From positions 15,681,146-15,745,145 of the forward strand of contig JAHRHZ010000289.1 of assembly GCA_024137785.1 (NCBI GenBank): a DNA stretch of 64,000 nt, given 5' to 3'. Under the pieces are notes generated by a model. The model searched no databases. It worked only from the letters and a program-made list of their open reading frames with translations, and had not been told where the DNA came from. This document shows positions 38,201-50,200 of this stretch, piece after piece. Each line of letters opens with the position of its first letter. Positions within the stretch are counted from its first letter, which is position 1. Source of the stretch: Ginglymostoma cirratum. Lineage: Eukaryota. A program made the position numbers and the translations under genes.

Positions 38201-41200
38201 TGTGAAGCTCCCATTGTGAGATGATTGACCTCCAACAACCATCTTCCTTTCTGCTAGTTAGACTCCAACCAGTGGAGAGTTCTTCCATACCCATTGGCTG
38301 CAGTTTTGCTAGAGCTGCTTGATGCCATACTGTGTCAAATGCTGCATGATGTTGAGGCAATTAATGTCAGCCATGGAGTTCAGCTCTCTTGTCCATGTTT
38401 GCACCAAGGCTATGATGACAAGCAGCTGAGTTGCCCTGGTGGAACCCAAACAGTGACATTGAGCAGGTTATTTCTTTGTAATCGCATGCTTGATAGTGCA
38501 ATTGACAGTCCCTTCCTTCCCTCTGTGGTAATTGGCCAGAGTGGATTAATATTGCTTTAAGTGGACTGCACGTTATTGGGCAGTTTTCCAAATTATGATG
38601 TCAGTGCCACTGTTATGGGTGTACCAGAGCTGCTTGGCTTGTGGATTGGCTAGTTTTCGAGCAGCTCTTCAGTATTGTGCCTAGAATGTCAGGGCTGACA
38701 GCCTTCGCGGTGTTCGGTGTTTTCAGCTTTTTCTTGATGATTTGTGGGCAGAAGGGCCTCTTCTGTGCTGTACGACTCTGACTGTATGAATTGAAATGAC
38801 TGCAGACTGGCATTTTGTGATGCTTGGGACCTCAAGAGGAGGCCAAGATAGACAGCGCACTCGACACTTCTGGCAGAAGATGGGCATTCTCTCTCCTCAC
38901 GCACCCCAAAACTGCCACCGCCCGGATGGGCATATCTGTGGAGCTTCCAGTGACTGTAGGTTTGTTGGCCACGACCATTCTTAGCTGGGTGTTTTATGAT
39001 CCTGTATATCACATGCTGCTTCCATTGTTTGACATGCAGGCCGATGTCTCAATTTTAGGTATACCTGTGGCTGTTCCTGGCATGCACGTCTGCTCACTTC
39101 ATTGAACGATGGTTAATCATCTGGCTTCGGTCGTAGTCGAGTGAGAAAATTGCTGGACCATCAAGTATTGAATACAATTCTACTGATCACCCACAGTACT
39201 TCATAGATGCTCAGCTTTCAGTTGTTACACCTGTTCAGTCTGTTCTATTTGTCATTGTTGTAGTGGCACACAACCTGGAGAGTATGGATGGTATCCTCAA
39301 AGGCATTTTTCTTTGGAAGGACTGACGTAATAAAATCCACTGTTCTGATTCTGTCCTGGACCAATACATTTGCTTTGGAGTGGGATAGATGCCTTGAGAT
39401 TCCATGGGGTCCAGAGTTCAGAGTTGAGGACTGACCAGAGAAACTTTCCCAAATGTATCTCATTCTGCTGCCACCTCTGGTATGCCTGTGCTACTGATTT
39501 GGATGTATCCAGGATGACGCTGCCTGGGGCATTGTCGATAAGCAATGATTCCATGAGTGTTTCCTGACTAGTATGCAGGACAGCTCTCCTGATTTTGTCA
39601 CAAGCTTCCAGCTGTTGGAAAGGAGGACGTTGCAGGGTCAGCAGGGCTGTTTGCCATTTGTTGTTTCTCTTGCCTAGGTCACTGCAGTGATCTGTGATTT
39701 CATTTGCTTTCTTTCAAATTTATAAAAAATTCATACAAACTTATGGTTTGCTGGGCAATTTCTGAGGATAGCTAAGAGTCGTCCATATTGAGAGCCTGGA
39801 GAGTCTCGTAGGCTGGACCAGTTAAAAATGGCAGATTTCCTTCCCTAAAGAATATCTGTGAACCAGATGGGTTTTTAGGATTGACAGTAGTTAATGGTAA
39901 CATGGCCACCATTAGGTCAACCTTTAATTCCACTTGACTTCACATTTCACTGTCTGCCATGTTAAGATTTGAATCCCAGGTTTCTGGATTACAAGTCTAG
40001 TGACATTACCATCACACCACTAATACTGTCACTGTCACTGTCACTGCCAAGATTGCTTTGCTGACTTTTTGTATCCTCCTCTCAGTTTGCTTCCTGCCAA
40101 TTTTATATCAGCAAATTTGGTTACTGTGCCTTCATCTAAGTCAGTCATAAATAGAAACCTAAACAAGGATTCCTGTTGCATGGCGCTAGTTGAGCTTGCC
40201 AAATTGAATCCTGATTCTGTTGCCCGTTAGTAAACCAATCCTCTACCCACCCTCATGTATCACCTCCAAACACCATTGAGCTGCTATCTTGTGTAGTAAT
40301 CTATTATGTAGCATCCCAACAAATGCCTTTGGCAATGCAAGCACGCTGCACCTGGTTCTCCTTTACTCCCCTTGCTTGTATATCCTGAAAAACACAAATT
40401 TATCAATTATGGTTTACCTAACAAAACCATCTTGACTCTTCTTGCTCGTATGTTGGTTTTCCAAGTGTTCTCCGGCTACACTTTTAGTCTCCCCAGTCTT
40501 TTGAAGCAATGATAACACATTGCGTTATTTATGGAGTTTAGTGGATCTACCAGAGGTATGTAGACACAAGGAGGACTTATATATGTGGTTTTCCCTTTCT
40601 TCATCCTGCCTGTAGCATCAGAGTAAAAGTTTTTAAATTGAATATCTGAAATATTAGAAGTTATTGTACCCTAACTAAGTAGTGTTCATGATAATACTAA
40701 AACTAAAGCAAAATATGTAGTTTGCAATACAGTCAAGACACAGTTGTTTCACACAAACTAGGCTTTAACTTTGTCTTTTCAGGAGCGAATGTCAACAGGG
40801 CTACAGCTAACAATGATCATACAGTGGTCTCATTAGCATGTGCTGGAGGGCACCTTGCTGTCGTTGAACTCCTTTTGGCACACGGAGCAGATCCTACACA
40901 TCGATTAAAGGTATTGAAAAGTTGCTACATAAAACTCATTTTTGTAAGACTGTAAACAATATAAAACTTGAATTTTCTAAAATGGTATTTGTTATATCCC
41001 CTTTTCTGGTAAAGGATAGATGGCTTAATTTTATGTTTCTTAGGATGGTTCCACTATGCTCATAGAAGCTGCTAAAGGGGGCCATACAAATGTGGTTTCA
41101 TACTTGTTGGACTACCCAAACAACATCCTGCCTGTGCCAGGACCAGATGTGGCTCAGCTCACACCACCTTCACATGACCAATCTCAGGTGAGTTAGTGTG

Positions 41201-44200
41201 TTATTTCTGACTTGAAGCACCTCACTAAAATTTTAGACATTAACTTTCTTTCAGATCAACGTGAAAGCTGGCCATTTGCTTCTCAAATGCAAATGCAAAC
41301 TTGAGAGGCTAGAGATTTTAGTTGAATAATGCAACCTTGTGGGATGCAGTTAAGCCATTCTTGGTCAAGTTTGTTGTGTTATATTTCAATGGGTGAGTCT
41401 TTGGTACATTCTAACTATATCATCTGTGTTCGCTTTGAATTACTCTGTTTACAAAACTACTACCCTCCTAATTGAGCATGTCGTTAGAATGTTATTGTGG
41501 CTGAGGGACTTCAGTTATGTGCAAAAACTGGGAAATTCAGAATTGTTCTCCTTGGACCAGGGCAGATTAGGATTTAAACAGTGATGCATTAGGAGAAATT
41601 TATTTGCAGTGGCAGAAATACTAGTAGCCAGAGGGTACAGATTTAAACTGGCAAATAAAGCTGAGGTGATTTGAGGAAAAGTTGTTTGTGCAGTGAGTAA
41701 TGAAAGGGTAGTAGAAGCAAATTTATTCATAATGTTCAAAAGAGAATTGGATAAATATTTGAAGGCAAAAGAAAATAGATGGAAAAGAACAGGGTTGGGA
41801 AACTAAATAGACCTCTTTTAAAAAGGGTTAGCGCAAGTGTGTTTGGCTCTGTGACCACCATCTGTGTGCAGTACTATTCTAAGATTCTGTGAATTGAAGT
41901 GAAAACATAACTTAAATGATGAATAACAGAACAAACTGGCTTCAGTTCATAAGACAGACACGCACAAACTTTTCAACCAGGCACATTAATGTGTTCCAGG
42001 CATTTCTCCATAAACACCACATTATGGATCAATATAAACAGTTAAAGTCCATCTATACTTTGTGAGATGCAACTTCTTCACTAGTCATATTTACTGTTGT
42101 GCCTTAAAACTTTGATTAAGAGGCAGACAGACAAAGCTGCAACAATGATGCAAAATAAAAATTGTAGTGCTGAACTCTTGATTATTGCTAGATTAAACAA
42201 ATGTGTGGTTGAACTGCATTGATGTCCACTGAACATTAATACAGGCTATACACCTTTAAAATTTTCAATAATGACTTCAGTCAGAAGGTTGTATTAAACT
42301 GTATAGGGCAATTACAAGAAAAATTCTTATGGAACTGTTGTAGATCATGATGAAACCTTATAATGGAATGACCACAGTAAATGGCCAATCTTAATCCACA
42401 TTCAGCAGAAGAAGTGAACAATAATCCTGGGATTGTTCTCAAAGCAAATGAGGCTGATGAGAAATTTGATAGTGAATACTATTGTTTCAGGAATAACTTT
42501 CCCATTAACTTATACACGCATCAGAAGAATGTAATTTCATGGTTTTTTTTGGGCAAGTTATGCAGGGAGCATAAACAAACTTTCTTAGCCAGTAAGTAGT
42601 AATCAACCAGAACTCTACCCACAAGGGTGGAGGTAACAGATATGGTTAATGATTTCAAAAGGAAATTAGCTCAGCACTTGAAGGGAATCCATCTTTGTAT
42701 GAAGAGTGTAATACAAAGGAATGTGATCAACTGGATAGCTCCGTAGGGAATTTGACATGGATGTTATGGGCCAGGTAGCGCCTTCTCTGTTACAATGACT
42801 CATTCATCATGCAGTTGTACAGCAACTCGTTGGCATTAGAGAACCACCCTACTCTTTTTCAAAACGTGGCAATGATGCAGACTTGAATTTTGTCCATGTT
42901 CTCTCTTGTTATATTTGCTATCTTCAGGAGCAGGAAGTACTTGGATCTCATGATATTGGACTGAAAGGTTGTGATGACTCTTTACTCATTGCAGCTTCAA
43001 GCCAAAAACCAGCTGCCGTTTTTATCTGTGAAGTCAGCCATTGCTTTCTTTGTTCTTAAAGTGACAAGGCTTACCCCTTGCAAATGCTGTCATCCTGAAT
43101 GGCTAAAACATCCAACACTCTTGCATTGCAATGTTACCCTTCCACTGAGTCCTGGTCATCAGCTGGATGCCTCCTGTGATAATAGCCATTAAATCCTGAG
43201 CCCTAAATATTGGTCCATGATGTACGTTTACTCTCTTTTATAGTATGTCCCTGTATCTTTAAATAAGAAGTAAACTGTGGGGAGAATACAAGGGGAGCTG
43301 TGGACAAGCTAATTGAGGGAACATTGACGTGGCAGAGTATGACGAAGTGTCAAGTTATTCATCTTGGTTGCAAGAACAGAAAAGCAGATACAATAGAAAA
43401 GTTGTGCACCGTGTAAATGTGCATGTATATGAGATATATGGATGTGTTTGCACAAGTAACATGCAGTGGTATGTAGCCACAGCGAACTATTATAGAGTAA
43501 AATGGCATGTGGTTTTCATTGTAGGGAGTTTGGAGTACAGGAATAAAGAAATCTTGATACAGTTGTATAAAACTTTGGTGAGAGCCGACCTAGAACTCTG
43601 TTGCAGTTTTAGTTTCCATTTTTAAGGAATCGCCATAAACATGTATTGGAGGCTGTATGGCAAAATTTCACTAAGTTGATGCCTGGGTGAGGTGGTGTCC
43701 TATAATAGGCCTTTTTGCTCTGAAGTTTAGAAGACCGAGAGGTAGTCTCGTTGAAACCGGAGATTGTGAACTGTTGTCTTGATATGGAAGCAGATTATTT
43801 TTGTTGTTTAGGGAATCAAGGACATGAGGTCATCGTCTGAAGCTAAGTGACCAATCATATGAGAGATTTCTTCCTTTGTTGTGATTCGTTGAAATTTTCT
43901 AACTTTAGATCTTTCATTGTTGCATACCCTTAAAGTTGGGATAGACAGCCTTTGGTATCGTAGAATTGACAGATATGGGGAATGTACTGAAAGTGGAATT
44001 AAAGCCCAAAATTAAGCCATGATCACAGAATAGCCTGTTAAATAATTGAGTAAGTTGATGAACGTAACAAGATTGCTTTGGACTTTGAAAAAAGCATCTG
44101 ATGAAGTTTCACATTGGCCTGCTTGACACAATTCAGTCCTGCACGATTAGGAGGGCAGGCACACAATTGGCTAAGGGACAAAAAAATACAATGTAGTGGT

Positions 44201-47200
44201 GTACATATTGTTTTTAGACTGATAAGGGTGCTTGTTTCCTCCATGGGTCAGTATTAAGACATCGGCTCTTTTAATTATATAAATAAAGTTGGCTATGCAG
44301 AGAATAATTTCAATATTTGCAGCTGGCATTGAGTTCTGGAGTAATGAGGTGGACAGTAACAGATTTGGGAAGACAGACTATCGCAACACTGTGGTGAATG
44401 AAAGATATAATTTGTTATGAAAAGATAAGAAAGCAGTATAAACTGGTACAATTTAAAAGAAACAGAAACCTGAGGAGCACATGCATACAAATATGTTAAG
44501 TGCAGGACAAGCTGAGAGGGTAGTTTTACAATGTTTGTGGAATCTTTTTGGCTTTAAAAGCAATGGCATAGAATATGAAAGGCAAAGGGCAAAATTCTAA
44601 AATCTTTAGCTGGAGTGCGTTGCCCAATTCTCCCACTGCATCTGAGGATTGATGTTAAGGTGTTGGAGAAAGTGCAGAGGATATTTATTAGATTTGGTTC
44701 CGTTATATTGACAAACTGAAGAAGAGGGTTGATTCCCTTCGAACAGAGAAGGTTAGAGAAATTTTGATCAAGAGGTTCAAAAGCATTAGGTGACAGGTGG
44801 GCCATTAACCAAAGATCTCAGATTTTAAGATAATTAACAAAAGAATTGGAAGAAAGATTAGTTTTGTTTTTACTGACTAATGATCTGGATGCAGTACCTG
44901 TAAGGTGGCGAGGGAAAACTCAATACTGAAGAAAGGTCCATACCCGAAACGTCAGCTTCCCTGCTCCTCTGATGCTGCTTGGCTTGCTGTGTTCATTCAG
45001 CTCTACACCTTGTTATCTCAGATTCTCCAGCATCAGCAGTTCCTACTATCTCTGAATCAATATTAGTATAAAAGTGATTTGGATAAGTATTTGAAGGGAA
45101 AACACTTTGAGGGCTATGGAGAGTAAACAGAGGAATAGGACTAGCATATATAACCCTTTGTAGGAGGAATTCTTTGGTTTTTGTATCTTTAAATTTTACT
45201 AAAAGTTTACTATTACCATTTGAATGAAAATTCTAACTGAAACTAGGTATCATTTATAGGCTAGAGTGAAAACTGTGACTGCAGTATTATTGGTCTACAT
45301 TGAATTGTTTTATTTCAGGTTCCCAGAGTACCGGTACAAGCACTTGCCATGGTAGTTCCACCCCAGGAGCCTGACCAGTCTCCAGCCAATGTTGGAGCTA
45401 CGCTTTCTGTCATTAATAAAGGTGAGATTCTTTTGTTTGTTTTGCTGGTTAAGGGAAGAAGTTGATGTACTTTGCTGTGGATATAGTTTGCTTCCAAATT
45501 CTATCTCTTAGGGACCCGAGCCTCAAAGAAACCACACTGAAGGAAGCATGAAGGAATATGTAGGAAGTAAAATTGATATCTGTAACAAGTCTGTTTGTTT
45601 TTGTATTTAAATACATGGTTTCAGGGGCAAGTTTAGTTTTCAGTTTGGGGTTTTTTGTTTTTTTTTGCATGATTTGTTTAAGACCCATATATATGTAACT
45701 AACAGTTCAGATATTATTTGTCCCTTGAAAGTCAAATTATTTGTCTGTGATAATGGTTTCCTGGATTTTTAACTGATCATCAATCTCACGTCTAATTCCT
45801 AAAGGTAGAATATGGGGTAAAAAGTTTTAATGGTAGTGGAGTTTAGTGTTAGGAATGCCAACTTGTTTTGCCTTTGTGTTGAAGGGATAGAAAGTTGAAT
45901 ATTTGGAGAAGCACATGCCCTTGGTAGTTCAGTATGTAGTTATGATTTCTGAGTTCCAAATGAAATCAAAAATGTTCAAGAAGCTTAATGTTGCTCATGT
46001 TGCTCTAATGTGGCTCTTTAGATCATTACAGAATGTTCTTGGGAAGTCCATGCAGTAATCAAAGTAGCTGTTTTATGAGAAATATTTAGTGTAGTTTGCT
46101 TCATATTCAGTTAGTATTCCGAAATTGAGTGCACCAATATTGTTTTCATAGATTGTCATAAGAATTCTGACCTAGAACCTAGTGCAATTTTCATGAGGAA
46201 GTTGGAAGTGATGGGAGTACCTCCCTGTGTCTTTTCAATTTTATTCAAAGTTCCTAATGAAGGGTAATTAAGAGATTCACTAAACGTCACATAGTAGGGA
46301 GACAACTAATCCTATCTTGCCCTTGAGCTGCTGTTTTGCCGTCAATGTCTTGTAAAATAATGGGATACCTCCAGGATATTGCAGGCACTTGTGAAATAGT
46401 TAGTTAGGTTTTTAAGAAGATGATCTCCCATGATGACAATACCTCTTTCCCCCTTCCCTGCCTCTCCCCTCCCCAAAAGTGTTGTTTATAAACAGACCAT
46501 GGGTTAACCAGCAGACAATTTCAGTAGATGTATTAGACCAGTATTGGGACTTTGAGGTGATTGCCCCATTTATTCTTCAATCTGCGTACCAAACACTAGA
46601 TGCCACCTGTTTGGATTGTGTTGAGCATTGAATTTTTTTTTGCCTCAAAATCCTATTGGTAAGGACAAATGGACCTATGAAGTGTTCGGGAAGTTTTCAT
46701 TCGTGTTTTCAGGCCCTGATATTTCTAAAATAAACCTTCCTCTGGTCTGCTTGAGAGAGCCAGAACTGATCTTTGGGGTTGATTTGTGACATAAAGGGGA
46801 CATAGTAATAAGGAAGGAGGCTGTGGCCTACGTTCAGCACTCTGGAGGTGGCCATCCTTGTTGCAGATAGGGTCTCTGACAGAGGCCTAGATTGAGCAGT
46901 TGATGAGAGAGCCTGATTTATAGTATTCGGTTTAGATGTCTCAATATCAGAATGCTATGTATATTGCCGCTGTCCTATATAGTTCCTTCCACATATTGAA
47001 ACCCAGTGACTGTAGCTGGGGAGGAAACTGAAACCTCCCCATTTTCAATAACCTCTTCTTGATCCATCTGCTGAAGAAAATTTTAATTGCCTCATCATCT
47101 TGGCTTGGCATCCATTTTCATATGATCACCTGTGAAGCCCTTTGGAACATTTCATCACATTTCAAGATGTACGTTTTTAAGGTCCTGTTGAGGATAGTTG

Positions 47201-50200
47201 TAGAAAGTGTTGCACTAACAGCGTGTATAAGACCTCGCATATCTGAGGCTTATACCCACTATGGTTTATTGTGGTGGAGAAACGAGCAGTTTTCACTGAA
47301 GTTCCATGCCTTAATCTGAGGCATGGTGGTTTTGTTCCAATCTGAAAAGCAGCAGCAGCAGCAACATATGTCAGTTTTGCTGTTCTCCATGTTGCTTGTG
47401 ATACTGGCAGTCATGTAGGCTGTCCTCAAATCTGTGCTGATTAGGTGGTGATTAACTAAAGACAGTCCTTTTTTGGAAGACTTTAAGGAAAGATAAGCAA
47501 GATCTTTGTCTCCAATGTGATGATCCTGGTGGTGGAAAAATGGAAAAGGGTTAACATTCCAAGACTGGTATGCCAAAACCTAAGTGTCATGATTTCTGAG
47601 AGACTTCTTTGTGGAATAGGGACAAAGAAGTGGGCAGGAAGTGGAGGGAAGACTGTTAGAAGCCAGGCATTCAGTTTGATGTAACACATTGCAAAATGTT
47701 GCCCTAATGTTAGTCTTTCTGACATGACAGCTGGGAGAAACATAACGTGCTGGAATACAAGTAGAAAGTCACATAGCATTAACAGGGTATACAGCTGAAT
47801 TTCAGTGGTTAGGCTAGAGAAAAGGAGGAGAGGGTCTCTAGGTTTATGCTAAACATCTACCACAGGACTTTTAGATAATTGTCGTGGTTCTTTGCAGGGA
47901 CACGATCAGCTATATTGTCCAAGTAAAAACCTTGCCTGTAAAAAACCTTACTTTTTTAATAGCAAGATTTAGGGCCACAACCCTGGCGATGGATTTCTCT
48001 ATCAAGGTAGCCAATGATCAATAAAAGGAACTCTTGAGATTAACTCAGTCTTAATAAAATTGTATGGTAAGAAGAAGCGGTCAAATGTGGCAATAGTGTT
48101 CCTCAGCAGTTTTTAGTGTATAAAACCAGGTGAAGATGTGCTTAATTTTTTTTCAGGTAAAAAGAGAAAAAAGTATTTCTAGTGAGTGGATATTAGTATT
48201 TAGAGACATCGTAATGCTAGCTACTGCTGTTTTGACATACCCTAATACCTGAACACTGCTCATTAAGCTCTGCAGTGACTTTCTCCTATCCTCCTCCATG
48301 TTTGAAGATACTTACCAACCAGGACCTCCTTTGAGACGTGAGGTTCTGAAGACACTTGAACAATTTCATTGGTGATCTGAGCAGTGATCGCAGATCACTT
48401 GATGGCACAGTTCTAGATGGCTCTGTGTTATATTTAAATGCGTTCTTCTGTAACTGAGGATGATTGGTGTATAAAGTAGTTTCACAAGTGCATCAGGTGG
48501 AATTGTTAACAGATGTATGGTCTGGGATATAAGCTACTGCAGTGTCTGCTGACTTTAATAGCAGAAAGACTGCTCTTGCTAAGGTCCGTAGTCGAAACTT
48601 TTTCTGGAATGTGAGATACAATGCTGCATACACATTTTCAAATTATTTGAGCTATGATAATTAACGATCCACTGTAGTGCAAAACTCAATGTAGCCTACT
48701 TTTTTAAAATTATTGGTACGTAATTTATTGTTTATAAATATTTCCTGGGATTAAATCAACCAAAATTCTTTCCTCAAGTTGGTGGTTTTAACATCTGTTA
48801 GAAGGATGAGCCATACAGCTGTAAAACACCTAATTTTAAATTAGAATCATTAACGATGTGAGAGTACAGTTAACTACTGTGCTTATGAAAGAGTATACTT
48901 AACACTAATTTCCATGTAATTGAAATATTTTGTTAGGATCTTCTATGGCGATGTGAAAATGGCCTCGCCTGGACTAAACACAATGGTTACACTTTATCTA
49001 GAAACAAATCATATCAATTGCAATTTGAGACTAGGGTCCCAAAGACTCTTGGGCAACTTTAATCATGTAAAATTTACACTGTTAGCAGTCCCATTTCCTT
49101 TGGTGCAGCAATGCCAAACAAAACCATTTAGAGATCCAGTTTTTAAAAAAAAACAAACATGGGTTGAGATAGGATTTGTCTCTTTCATGCCACCTGTGCT
49201 TTGAAACTGATAGTTATCTTTCTAATACAGTTCTTCATAAGTAACTGTTCAAATTTCAGCTTTGACTATTCAAGTCACGAGCAGTGATCAACAAATTTTC
49301 CCATTGTGTTAATGAAGGGTTTCCAGTTTTTAAAAAATGAAATCAACCAGCTTGCTGATGGTTAAATTTAACTGACAGGGATTTAAATAAATTTAGCTAA
49401 ATATCTATAAAATACATAAAAATTATTGTAATAAATTCAACATGGTATGTTTAACAACTTAGTATATTGATCACGCATTTGGCATTGTGAATAACACCAC
49501 TGATTTAGTTGCGTAAAAGTTTCATTTTGTTTATTTTTGCATAATAAGCTGGTGATTGGATAAGGTGAAGTATTTAAATTTTACAGCATTTTCAGTGAAA
49601 GATGACCAAAGAAAACTGCTCATTTCTTATTACAAATTAATTTTTAATCATTCTGCTCCGATTTAATGTTAAATTTACCATATAATAATGTAGACACAAT
49701 GAGTTAATTGGCCACTTCCTGTGTATTGTCATTTTGTGTTTATAAGATCTCCTTTCTACGTCTTATATATTCTTACTTCATTTACATTAAACATTGCAGG
49801 CCTGACACTCCAAGCAATGTTTTAGCTTTCAAACCATTTAATAGTTAACACTTCTGAAGTATTATTTCTATAGCCATGTCCTGTTCCTTAACTGCATCTA
49901 TGTAAAACTAGTTAATTCTGGGGGAAAAAAACAAGTGGATTGGGCATTTGTATTGATACAGTTCTTAGTGGACAAAAAAAGTTGTCATTATAGTGGATAA
50001 CTTTGGGGTTGTTTAATATATTGTGTACCTTAGTTTAAGTGCAAAAAACTTTTGTTCAGAAATCCAATTTTCATTGTAAAATGTAGAATCCCTGCACCGT
50101 TAAGAGTCTTAACTGTGGCAAGCAGCTTTGCTACATAATTGAAATCCAGTCATCTTGAAATTTTGATTCATTCTGTATCAAATTTGAGGGGTGTTATCTG

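Noticed and set aside
42346-42456. C/D box snoRNA (ATGATGA...CTGA)
   Set aside because: No proper terminal stem and no recognisable rRNA or snRNA guide
47330-48500. Unclassified sequence in intron 14 with a short (CAG)n run
   Set aside because: No coherent ORF, splice pair or repeat family could be recognised by eye
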